A DNA stretch of 62,618 nt, counting the filler, from Obrimoposthia wandeli (taxonomy: Eukaryota), in the NCBI GenBank assembly GCA_977020255.1. It is 2 parts of one record of this genome, joined end to end, with 100 filler letters (N's around TTAATTAATTAA, not from the genome) between each part and the next. Parts side by side here need not be neighbours in the genome. Positions count along the whole stretch, not along the records: positions 1 to 30,784 come from CDROCS010001659.1; 1 more part is not named here. One strand, given 5' to 3'. The position numbers and the translations under genes are program-made. Under the pieces are notes generated by a model that was not told where the DNA came from, did not search any database, and saw nothing but the letters and a program-made list of their open reading frames with translations. This document shows positions 1-11,900 of this stretch, piece by piece (the first letter of the stretch is position 1; every line of letters begins with the position of its first letter).

Positions 1-107
1 TGACGATGGAGGAAGACTGAGAAGATAAACCGCTGCTACTGGGCGGTAATTTTCAGTGGTAAAAATACTTGAGATAAAAATCTCTTTTTCCATCCACTTT
101 TTTCGCC

Positions 108-160
108 GCCTTCCTGACGAGCCTGGTAAGGCGAAACGGGAAGTCCACCCCGTCGGAGGC
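108..160 (+). ncRNA. Type I hammerhead ribozyme, full size
   Basis: Stem I GCCTTC/GGAGGC; core CTGACGA (114-120); stem II GCCT-GGTA-AGGC; GAAA (133-136); stem III CGGG-loop-CCCG; TC cleavage site after 154. All core nucleotides and three helices are present. Confidence 0.9.
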
Positions 161-2357
161 TGACAAGGAATACCTCCCTGACTGTGGGCACCTCAGTTAA
201 TGTCAATTTTAATTGACCAAAAATTCATTAATTTTTATTAATTTTAAATTAATTAATCCATTAAATAAGTTATTTAACCCAACATAAAAGTAAATTCTAA
301 CAATTACTGCCAAAAAACAGTTTTTTCAATAATAAAGAGACAAATAAATTGTTTTTAATGCTTTATTTCTTTGATCAAACTACATTCGTAATAAGGTTAA
401 TTTAGATCTACTACTAAAATTTATAAAAATTGAAAATAAACTTTATAAACACGTGTATTGACAACAACTTTTTATTTTACCTACATTGTATTTCTAACAG
501 AAATGTGTTTGAAAGAGTAGGTAAAGCTATTATCAGTGACTGTGAAATTACTATTAAACATATGAGATGTATTTTTTTCTCTTCCTTAATCTATTTTGTA
601 TGGCTCATGTTTAAATGCACTCTAAAAGCATTTCCAGCAAATAATGTGTTGTATTATAGGAATTATAAAAGATTTTAGTATGTTTTAATTGCAAAGGCAA
701 ATGCCATGTTTAATGTTTTAACAACAAATGGATAAACTCAATAAGTATAAATAATGTTTTCAAACCCTGATGCATTGGAGGACAAGTTTAACTTTGTTTT
801 ATATTTACCTGTGTTTATATTTAGTATATTGCAAAATAATTTGAAGCGAAAATTAACATATTTAATTATTTAACAAATTAAACAAATTAAAGAAGCATTC
901 AATTATTTCAAGCTACTTGAACTCTATGGAGTGTTAAAAACAAATATTGTAGACAATAATTTTTCTGATAAGTTACCCACTTTCAAGAAAGAACAAGTAA
1001 AAATGATCAAAGTTCAAATTCAATTAAAACAATTAAATTTAGCTTTTTAAAAAAATTTGGGATGTGTAATAAGGTAAAGGGGTTCATGCAGTAGAATTGA
1101 TAATTAGTGATTGGAATAGTAGTCTTGAAATTAAATTCAGGGCCTTCAGAAAGTGTAGTTTCAAATAGAATGTAATAAATATTGTTAATTATATAAAATA
1201 TGTGGTATTTTTGAAGTTCAAAGTTTTGAAAAAATCACTAACTAATATTATTTGAGTTTAAAAAAATTAAATAGCTTTACAAAAATATTGTTATATGATA
1301 AATTTGATACTGCTCGGTGATTCTAAATAAAATATTGAATCAATACATGCATCACTGTCAAAAAATAATAGTTTAATAAAAGGTTTTTCAAAAATATTGA
1401 TTTTCTTATTAAAAATTAATAATAATAATTAACTTTTGTTGTCGAGGAACTTTTGACAGGAACAATAAAAATAAAAAGATACTAAATAATAGATAATTGA
1501 AATAAATTAGATACCATTTAATTAAAATAATTATTTTTATAACTTTCAAAAGAAAGGTCCCGAAATAATCCCTAAAAAGTATCATTAAATTAAAAATATC
1601 ACTCGAAAACATATGCCCTTTTTTAATATATAAAATATAGTAAATTTTAGTAAATTAAACTCCTCCACTAAGAATATCTTTTAATTAAGCAAAACGAACC
1701 AGTTAAACAAAAAACAAGACTTTTTACCAAGGGTAAACAGGAAAAAACAATTTTGTGGGGTTTCATGAAGAAACTCAATAAGTAGCACCATTTGATGCGT
1801 CAACAATAGTTGGTATGTTGAATGAGTTTAAAACTATCAAAGGCCTATGTTTTTAAACATAGTTCGACAGAAAACAAGCTATATCTCAAGGTAGCCAGTA
1901 CCTGAGAAATTAAGATAATCACCATGGTGTTGAGGTTCGAAATAAAGTACACAAGTTAAGTCTTTGTTGAACAACAACGTTCACACAAAATAGTTGATAA
2001 CTAATACTGTTGGGGTTTCTATATGAAACTACTTTGGAGTTTATATATAGATCTTCTGATGGAGGCCCCCAACGTGATTTCTATAAAAGTAGGGCTTGGA
2101 GTTGTTTGTGGCCTACTTAAGTTGTTCTTACCTGTCTCAATTCTTATCTGAAGGTTTGTTATGTCTAGGTGTGATGGGTCTGTAACAACGCGGTTTAGTC
2201 GTAGGAAATCTTTATTCTTTAACACACTAGTTACCTTCTAAAACACGTTCTAAAAATGACAACAGCTAATCCTAAATACTTTTCACAAATTCTCTACACA
2301 AGTGGGGACGTTACACGTATCGATTTTAATTGTGGGTTTTTGGTTCAATAGAGTCTT

Positions 2358-2578
2358 AACTCTAAAAAATATGGGCGATGTAATTTTAGCTGATTTTAGT
2401 AGAGTTGTTTACTCTTAAAATATGGGCAATGTAAGTTTGTTAATTTTATATGTAGATTACTCACTCTAAAAATATGGGCAATGTAAGTTTGTTAATTTTA
2501 TAGAGTACTCACTCTAAAAATATGGGTAATGTAAGTTTGTTAATTTTATAGAGTACTCACTCTAAAAATATGGGAAAT
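2358..2578. repeat. Tandem minisatellite, ~47-bp unit, ~5 copies
   Basis: Recurrent ACTCTAAAAATATGGG(C/T)AATGTAAGTTTGTTAATTTTATAGAGT. Confidence 0.85.
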
Positions 2579-2679
2579 GAAAAAATAGGGCAAGGTAATT
2601 TTACTAAGCCTTTTAATTTAACGTAGCCTTTTTTAATTCAAATTCTTCAGTTGAGACTTTTAAACTTCAACTTCCAACT

Positions 2680-2975
2680 ATTCAATTTAAATAATGATAA
2701 CTTCACTCAGTTCAATTTAGATATTGATAACTTCAAAAAACTCAATTCAATTTAATAATGATAACTTCACTCAGTTCAATTTAGATATTGATAACTTCAA
2801 AAAACTCAATTCAATTTGATAATGATAACTTCGACTCAATTCAATTTCGATATTGATAACTTTACTCAATTCAATTTAGATATTGATAACTTTACTCAAA
2901 TCAATTTAGATATTGTTAACTTCAAAAAACTCAATTCAATTTAATAATGATAACTTCACTCAGTTCAATTTAGTT
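2680..2975. repeat. Degenerate tandem repeat, ~28-30-bp unit, ~10 copies
   Basis: Recurrent TCAATTTAGATATTGATAACTTC(A/AAAAA)CTCA. Confidence 0.8.
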
Positions 2976-5326
2976 CACCAATTTCACTTTTATTCAGACT
3001 CGGCTTACCTTGATCCAACTGGGGCTTGTGGATAGGAACTCCTCGTCCGATAATTCGCGTCGACCGTTTCTTCCAGGTACGGTTGGTTTCCGTACGTCTA
3101 TTGGTCCTTCCAATACAGTTTAACTTCTGGGAGTCGAACAATAGCTTCTCTGCGCTCGGATTTTATCGACGAGACTTATGCTGGCAATCCCGTTTCTCAC
3201 TCTTCAATTTTTTGGTCTCTCTTTTCAATCTCACGTTGTTGTTGTGTGTCAATTTGTTCTTGTTCTTGCTTTATGCAATTGATTCTGAAATTAAATCAAT
3301 ACTGCACTTAATTTTAAGTGCTCTTACTGTGATCCGGCTGGCGGCTGGCTTGTTCCCAGTCGCGGAATTGAGACGTCCTAGTATGCGTGCTGGTCCTTTC
3401 TCAGCGGCTCTTCTTTCTCCGGTAAGTGAAAGCACTTGCGCTGCTTCCCGATGGCTGGACTTCTTCTCTGTTGTTGCTTAATTGAGAATTTCTCAATAGT
3501 CCCGACTGCTGGGATTTTTCTCACCGTAGTGTTGTTTAATTACATTCAGTATAAAAAATTTGATTGTAATTTTCGGGGCCCTAATTTTTATTACAACTTT
3601 CTTATACATAACGCATTACACACGACCTTTCAATGTCCTTAAACTCTTGATAATTTTGTTATATTAATTTTAAATTCTTATTTAAAATTTTTTATTTTAT
3701 TTTTAACCTTATTTTCAAGGATTTATTTTAATGTATAAATAATTAATTTTTTCATAATTATTAGAATCCTAATCCTAACAATACTTGAAATTAAAATATC
3801 TTGAATTCATATTCAAGAATCTAAATAAAATATAATTAACTATTTCTAAAATATTCTATATTCATAAAATTCAAAGTCTTGAAAAATCACTAATTAAAAA
3901 TATATTTAAGTTTTATCTAAATACACCATTTTTTAATAACTTTATAAAAAATCGTATTATTATTGATCAATGATGCTAACTAAAAAATTGGATCAATACA
4001 TATATAACGAGTCAAAAAATAATATATATTTAAAAGTAATTTTAAAAAATATTGATTATTTTAATTAAATCAACGATCTGATAAAAATAAACAGAACATC
4101 AAATTGATGCTTTAAAATTATTGAGTCGACGGAGATCGGTTTTGTGAGTATAACACATTCGAGTACAAATATCTTATGCTAAAGGATGCTATTAAAGTGA
4201 GAAATGGCATTATGAAATCAAACAAATGGCAGCATTAGTCAGTTACCAATTTCTTGTCTAGAGTTTGACAAGAAACATGTCGCCTTCAATAAACCCGGGT
4301 TTTGATAATTATCTCATTCTCATAAACAATTTTCTGAAAGCTTATTATCTCTGAATGGTCATCAGTAATCAATTAATGTCAGAAAAGAATTTGTTGTCTG
4401 TGAAAGGCCGTTTTCTGATCTTCGTGAAGCCAAGATGTGAAATGGGTAATGTCAGATTGGATTTTCCTGTAGCTCTAATTAGAGCGTCGGGATTCCAATG
4501 GAAATAAAGTTAGTATATAAGCAGTCAGTTTTTGCATAAAAAAATAGTGTGTATATAGATGTTAACACTCATCCAGGTTGACTGAGGGTGACAACGACAA
4601 AGCAGGGAAAACTAATACCTCGCGGTGGTTGTGTGACTGTGGAAGAGGAAATTGCCACAGCAACTGGGCAGTGAGAAATTTGCATAAAATAGGTACACAC
4701 AGAGAATAAAGTAGGGAATGAACATGATAGAAAAGAGAGAGTGTGTGTGTGAAAGTTCCCGTACACCCACAGATATCGCTCAGTGAAATGCACCGGTGCA
4801 GGATCATCAGCACAGGCAGATGGAAAAACTGGAAACTTTTTCTTATCTCTGACTTTACGGGTGTTCAACCTGACAAGCTCAACAGGGTGAACCAATCAAA
4901 CGATCGTTGTGATCTGAACAATAACGCTCGATTGTAAACATTTCGATTCTACTAATTATTGCTTATTTATATTCTAATTTGTCACACTTACAATACTCAT
5001 CGTTGAACTTATAGTACCTTGATTAGCAGCTATCGTCTTGTTTATACCAAATTTAAAAAAACATCAACATGGTGTCTTCAAACAAAGAAGTCTCTAACAA
5101 AGTCTCTAACAAATAAGTTATTTTTCTTGACTACTTGTAGAACTTTCAAATAAATTTTGCTTTTATAACAGCTTAATTCTTGAAGATATGAAAAATAGGA
5201 TTCAAGATGTTGTCTACGTTGAGAAGTCTATCTTAGCATGATATAACTATTAGTCAAATGTTGATTTTTCTTCTATCTCTAATTTAATGCATACAGTGTT
5301 AACAATCAATTATAATAATATGTATT

Positions 5327-5945
5327 AGTAGGTGGATGTGTCCGGTCTAATCCACACACCACCCCCACACCCCCTCTGTCCTTTAAAACCATGCATGTGT
5401 GTGGAGTGAAACTTCGAGCATGTGTGTGGAGTGAAATTTCGTGCATGTGTATGGAGTGAAATTTTCTACCCCCTCCCCCACCCACCCAACACTCAAAAAA
5501 CTAATTAACCCCATATAACACCCTTTAAAATTGAAAATCTCATAATGCTCCCAAAAAAGTTAGGAAGGTCCTGGGAGGCCGTTCAGTGGGCCAAAGCGTG
5601 CCCTCCGGACCCGCGGTGGTTTAACGAGCAACACATATACAGGGTCGCGAAAAAATATTTCCATTATAAGAATTTATATCCATACATATATAGATAGGGT
5701 CGCGAAAAATATTTTCGCTATAAGAATTTATATCTAGATACATATATATAGGGTCACAAAAATTTTTAAATTATCAACTACATAAATTGGAAATGATATC
5801 AACATTTTCATTTATTCGGATGAGTTATCGTTGAGTCATAGAATGAGTCATCATGACCTTAAATGACCTTGACCTCATGATGACCTTAAATGACCTTGAC
5901 CTCATGAGGTCATGACCTTAACTTGACCTGAAATGACCTCTGAAA
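5327..5945. repeat. Putative left terminal repeat and origin region of the outer Polinton
   Basis: Starts AGTAGGTGGATGTGTCCGGTCTAATCCAC, homologous to the inner element termini. Three 25-bp iterons GCATGTGTGTGGAGTGAAA (5393-5461), C-rich tracts, three ~55-bp AGGGTC(G/A)C repeats (5641-5765), TGACCT repeat cluster (5853-5940). Candidate TSD TGTATT at 5321-5326 cannot be confirmed because the right end is absent. Confidence 0.75.
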
Positions 5946-6308
5946 AAAATTCTACATTTCAAACATGTACGGTCAAGAAAATATTACTATTTTAAATCAA
6001 AAGATATATATGTATTCAAACATCAACAAAAATTAAGAAAATACTATAAATTATTTGAATAATACGTTCTCATTGGACGTTGAACTTAAGCAACAAAAAC
6101 TTAAGAAAATAATACTATTTTCAAATAAAATATTTTTTTTATCCAATGACATACTCGCATTCAATCGTAGTTAAAAAATTGATAAAAGCCTATGGATTTT
6201 TCAAATAAATTATTTGAATAACCCGCTTTCATTGGACGATAAAAGAGGGTTAGTCTGTTGTTTTTGTATATAAGGAAACCTCTTTTCATTATTTTTCATT
6301 AATCAAGA

Positions 6309-8433
6309 ATGGCAAATTTCAACAACGTCGATTTGGATGAAGAGATGGAGATACATCTATATGGGGTTTTCTCTCCAGTACAGCAGCGAACGCCACCACC
6401 GGCACAGTACATTGACTTACTTAGTCAAGACTCATCGGTGATGAGCGAAGGAGACGAAGGAGAAGCAACAGCAAGAGCTGAGCTGTTGCTAGAAGAACCG
6501 CCATTGGCCAGCTCAACTCCGAGAGAAGAACCAATGAGCGTGAGAGGTGGGATACAGAGATCCCAATATATCGACCTGACTAGTCAGGATTCGATTGAGA
6601 ATTGGGAAGACTGTACTCCCAGGCAAAACACAAAACCCAATCATCCGGCAACTTCAGCAGTAGCAGCAGGGAGATCCAATCTCTTCCAGAATTTTGAGGC
6701 GGCAATCAAATGCCCCTGGAAATTGATCCCGCTGTCTCAGGCGGAGATAGTACTCGCACCAGACTCAGACGAGGAGTTATTCACCGATGACGTTCCGTCG
6801 GATGGTGAGGAGGACTTGACTCCATTCATCGACGAATGGATACAGCCAAGTATCGGAGCCCCAGGAGCCAACAATTCAATGGGGGCAGAATTGGACGAGG
6901 ATGAGTGGCGCCTATTCACCGACGATTGGGATGGTGTCACTCCCTCTACAACTCCAACTCCGATAGCCGACAATACGGTGCCTGATTCATTCAAAAGACC
7001 GCAATCTCCGATATGTCCTGTTAGGAGAATAAAGGCGACGAATGAGTTAGTCTATCAATTTATTTAAAATGTTTTTTAATTTCATTTTTAGAAACTTCAA
7101 CTGGATTTGGCACCCTCAGTGACCACGGTGGAGAGGCTGATTGAACCGCAGTACTTGGCGAGTCAATGTAGCCAGGATGATCCCAGGAGTGATCAGCGAT
7201 ACCTACCGACTCCGGCTAAATTTGAGGTATATTATTATAAATTAGTTAATTATTTTAATTATTCACATAGGAAGCTAAATTGGTGGAGGAAATTTGGGAG
7301 GAGGCAACTCTCAGACTAGGAAACAAGCGGCGGTTAAGAAACCTCGACGCCATTGGGTCAAAACCCACAAGGTCCATCGGAAGAAGGCCAGGTTGGCGAA
7401 ACAGGCTAACCTGCCCGTCATCGAGGTAATTTATTTATATTTTTAAATTGTATTTATGTTTTTTGTTGCAAGAACCAATACAATTAACTGAGGAGACAAT
7501 GGGTAAAATTTCTCCTTTCCCGCAGAAGCAAATGAGGCAGGCTGCTGTACGGAAGACGAAGCGTCTTAGAAAGGCGAAATCTTGTCTGCTCAAATCGAGC
7601 GAAGTAACGATAGAGCGACAGGAAAAACTTCCGTATAAGATTATTGAGGTAAAATTTTAGATATTTAAATATTTTTTATATAAATGAATTTTATTAAAAA
7701 AAATTTATTAATGTTTTCTCTGCAGGAACCTGTCCGGATAATTGAGGAGGCTTGTGGAGAAGTTACTTCTTTCCCTAAGAAAAGGACAAAGCGAGCAGAG
7801 GTGAAGAAGACGAGGCGCTCGAGAAAATGTAACACCTCAATTGGCCATTATTCTGAGGTGGTGATTGGACGGCAGGAGATTATCCCATCTCCAGTAGACG
7901 ACGGTCCAATTTTATACGAGAGGATCCCAGTCTCACCGATCGAGATTAGTCCGCCATCAAGTCAACGACGCCTGCAGGAGACATCACTGGCTTCTCCTCG
8001 TCCAACAACAAGCCAGAACTTAAAGAGGGCCTGGGATGAAGCTGGATTGGACGAATTCCTGGCGGAACTGGATACACCGGCAATGCTTCCAGATTCGCGT
8101 GGGAAACAGGATGCCGTCTCACGCCAGCTTCAGCGTGAGAAGGAGGAGAAACAGAAGAAAGCTCCGCGGAAGAGGAATGCTACTGCTTCTATGTCGGGGC
8201 CATCAACATCGGCTGCACCTCCTCCCAAAATGTTGCGGCAACTATTGCCAAAACCTGAGGGAAGGACAATTGCTACAAAGCAACCGGTGAAACCGAAAAA
8301 GAAACCGGGCCGGCCAAAGAAGAAGGAACCAGTACTGCTTTCTCCTATAATACTTAGTCGGAGGGATTACGACCCGGATGATCCCAATGATAACTTCTTA
8401 AAGATGTTTAAAAATATAATTTATAAACATTAG
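6309..8433 (+). pseudogene. Spliced multi-exon acidic/basic disordered protein of the Polinton, with SIM-like motifs; slightly decayed
   Basis: TATATAAG at 6267. ORF segments 6309-7067, 7092-7226, 7271-7425, ~7472-7648 and 7726-8433 are separated by short AT-rich introns (7227-7270, 7649-7725 with GAG|GT and AG|GAA). A frameshift lies in exon 3 and one acceptor appears mutated. Confidence 0.7.
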
Positions 8434-8706
8434 TTTCATATGTTTTATTGTTATTATTTATTTAAATATCATCTTTAAGTTTATTAAAATATCAACATGA
8501 AAAAAATATTTAATTTATTCGCCTGTGATTGGATTAATAAGGAATCATTGAAATTTTTCAGGTTTAAATATAAATGCAATGATTAGTTATAGATTTATTA
8601 AACTTTCATTTGATACATAAAAATATATCATTTCATTGCTTGTGATTGGATTAAAAATCTCTTAAAGTTATATATATAGGTTCAAATTTATTAACCTCTT
8701 CATAAA

Positions 8707-9030
8707 ATGGAATTCATTAAATTGCAAAGCTTGGTAGCGAAGATAGAAGCAAACATCAGAATAAATTAGAAGAAAGGAGACTTAAGAAAGAGGGTCCTCA
8801 ATCAAAATTTGTATGCTGCTGCCGCGACCGAGTGGAATCGCCGGGTGGAGATACAAGATAGGAGGCTAGCAGAACGACGTTAAATCGTGGAGTGGAATAA
8901 GAAGATCGAATTGGAAAAAAGGAAGTTGGATGAAAAAAAAAGAGAAGAGATGGAGGATATTCGGCGAGCAGCAAGAAAAAAGAATCATCCAGATTAAACC
9001 GGAAGAGGGTCCTTCTACAAAAAAGTAATT
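8707..9030 (+). pseudogene. Decayed small coiled-coil ORF of the Polinton
   Basis: MEFIKLQSLVAKIEANIRIN*...EWNRRVEIQDRRLAERR*IVEWNKKIELEKRKLDEKKREEMEDIRRAARKK with internal stops; TATATATAGG upstream. Confidence 0.5.
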
Positions 9031-9834
9031 TTTTGATTATTATTTTGTCTTTATTGATTAGGTTACATAATTGTCTAAATATTTTACATAATTGTCTAAA
9101 TATTTTACATAAGCATACTAAATATAAACAATTTTATATATAATGTTTTTGTAAAATGGATAATAAAATTTGGAATAAATTATACATATAATTATCTCCA
9201 GATTTAATGGAAGATTATAAAAAAATTACTTTTCAGAAAATGATACCGAGGAAATTGTTGGATATAAATTATGAAATTTAATTTCGAAATATTTAGGTAT
9301 GTTTACATTTAATATAATTTATTTTAATATTCATAGGAGAATTGACAATATATACCAATCTTAACATGAAAGACTGAATACTTTGTTATTTTAATAAATT
9401 TTTGATTTTTTCGTTATAAACAACGGGATTTGCTGCAATTTTAGATAATTATGCTGGAATACATCATAGATTTTGAGGCTTTCATTAACAAATATGGTGA
9501 TTATATTATAAAAGAATTATGTATTATGGATGTATGCGACGTTTTTCATCCTTTGCATTTCATATTTCAAATAGATATCCCGTTTAAAAGTTTAGATTAT
9601 AAGAAAAAATTTACTAATTTATATCTAACTAATTACTTTCATTTATTAAAATGGAAAGAAGGACATAAGGCTTTTTGTGAAATATGTATTTTCGATACAA
9701 TAACATCTAATTTTGATATAGAAAATAGTAGGTAGAAGGATGGAGTCTAAGCCACTTGACCCCCCCCTTAAAGGGTGTTACACCATAAGGGTGTCTTGCC
9801 ACACCATAAGGGTATATGTTGCCTCACCGGAGGT

Positions 9835-9878
9835 GGGAGGGGGAGGGGAGGGGGAGGGGAGGGGGAGGGATAGGGGGG
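9835..9878 (+). other. G-quadruplex-forming tract inside a terminal hairpin (mirrored at 20959-21002)
   Basis: GGGAGGGGGAGGGGAGGGGGAGGGGAGGGGGAGGGATAGGGGGG, lying between inverted copies of the terminal motif (9734-9766 and 9873-9904). Confidence 0.8.
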
Positions 9879-10135
9879 TCAAGTGGCTTTGACTCCATCC
9901 TTCTTTGATATACCACTATGGTCGTCCATAATTCAAAGGGTCAAGTGGCTTAGTCTCCACCCTTCTTTTTGTGATATACCACTATGAAAGGGTCAAGTGG
10001 CTTAGTCTCCACCCTTCTTTTTGTGATATACCACTATGAAAGAGTCAAGTGGCTTAGTCTCCACCCTTCTTTTTGGCTAACCACTATGATCGTCCATAAT
10101 TCAAAGAGTCAAGTGGTCTAGTCTCCACCCTTCTT
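9873..10135. repeat. Subterminal iterons TCAAGTGG(CT/TC)TAGTCTCCACCCTTCT (5 on the left; 7 mirrored at ~20590-20965)
   Basis: Direct ~26-bp repeats related to the terminal motif but in the opposite orientation to the terminal copy. Confidence 0.85.
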
Positions 10136-10723
10136 TGGTATACCACTATGATCGTCCATAATGAAAATTTAGGCTAAAGTTCACTCTTATCAGTCAAGGA
10201 ATGTGGTTTTTAACACACATACACTATTTTATGTGAAATTTAAACTAAAGTTCACTCTTATCAGTTAAGGAATGTATTACGTAATCACACACATACTATT
10301 CTATGTGAAAATTTAGACTAAAGTTTTTCCTAGGCTTACACATTTATAGAATTATGATAAAATTTCTTTAAATAACTTCAATTATATATTAAAATAAAAA
10401 AATAAAATAAGAAAGAAGTCAGAGAATAATACAAAATTAAACACATTTATTATGTAATTTCATAATATCATCTTCAAACTTAAGTGAATAACATTTACAA
10501 AGTAAGAAAGTCCATTCTTTATACATTCTTTTCGTTTCAACGACTAAGTTACAACGGAATTAATAGAAAAAGGAAAAAAAAAAACAACACTAAGTTTAAC
10601 GCTATGAATGAAAATTAGTAAAAATATTAATTTATTTGAATATTCGAATGAGAGTTTGAATAAATGAGAGTTAGAATGAATGTAAATGAATAAAATTATG
10701 CATGCAAGTATGAATGTCATTTA

Positions 10724-11900
10724 CAAGTAAGAGTCTTAGCAAGTGAATGTAATTTAAAAATAAGAGTGTCGATAGTTTGATTGAATGCAAGTGTAATTTA
10801 GACTATAAGTAAATTAAAATAGAGTTTTCATTGGATAAACTATAGTTAGATTGAATGCAAGTATGAATGCAAGTGAATGATAGTATGAATTTCAATACAA
10901 GTAAGTGTCTTAGCAAGTGAATGTAATTTAAAAATAAGAGTGTCGATAGTTTGATTGAATGCAAGTGTAATTTAGACTAAGTAAATTAAAATAGAGTTTT
11001 CATTGGATAAACTATAGTTAGATTGAATGCAAGTATGAATGCAAGTGAATGCTAGTATGAATTTCAATACAAGTAAGTGTCTTAGCAAGTGAATGTAATT
11101 TAAAAAATAAGAGTGTCGATAGTTTGATTGAATGCAAGTGTAATTTAGACTATAAGTAAATTAAAATAGAGTTTTCATTGGATAAACTATAGTTAGATTG
11201 AATGCAAGTATGAATGCAAGTGAATGATAGTATGAATTTCAATACAAGTAAGTGTCTTAGCAAGTGAATGTAATTTAAAAAATAAGAGTGTCGATAGTTT
11301 GATTGAATGCAAGTGTAATTTAGACTATAAGTAAATTAAAATAGAGTTTTCATTGAATAAATTATAGTAAGATTGAATGCAAGTATGAATGCAAGTGAAT
11401 GATAGTATGAATTTCAATACAAGTAAGTGTCTTAGCAAGTGAATGTAATTTAAAAAATAAGAGTGTCGATAGTTTGATTGAATGCAAGTGTAATTTAGAC
11501 TATATGTAAATTAAAATAGAGTTTTCATTGAATAAATTATAGTTAGATTGAATGCAAGTATGAATGCAAGTGAATGATAGTATGAATTTCAATACAAGTA
11601 AGTGTCTTAGCAAGTGAATGTAATTTAAAAAATAAGAGTGTCGATAGTTTGATTGAATGCAAGTGTAATTTAGACTATAAGTAAATTAAAATAGAGTTTT
11701 CGTTGAATAAATTATAGTTAGATTGAATGCAAGTATGAATGCAAGTGAATGATAGTATGAATTTCAATACAAGTAAGTGTCTTAGCAAGTGAATGTAATT
11801 TAAAAAAATAAGAGTGTCGAGAGTTTGATTGAATGCAAGTGTAATTTATATAAGTAAATTAAAATAGAGTTTTCGTTGAATAAATTATAGTTAGATTGAA
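10724..11900 (+). repeat. 175-bp satellite array, ~6.7 copies
   Basis: Unit CAAGTAAGTGTCTTAGCAAGTGAATGTAATTTAAAAAATAAGAGTGTCGATAGTTTGATTGAATGC... recurs every ~175 bp. Confidence 0.95.

Noticed and set aside
430-678. MULE-like fragment (IISDCE)
   Set aside because: Only a weak single-motif resemblance with no supporting CxxH.
9873-10135. CRISPR-like array (26-bp repeats with intervening sequence)
   Set aside because: The intervening sequences are related to one another, the context is eukaryotic, there are no cas genes, and the array is mirrored in a TIR; these are iterons.
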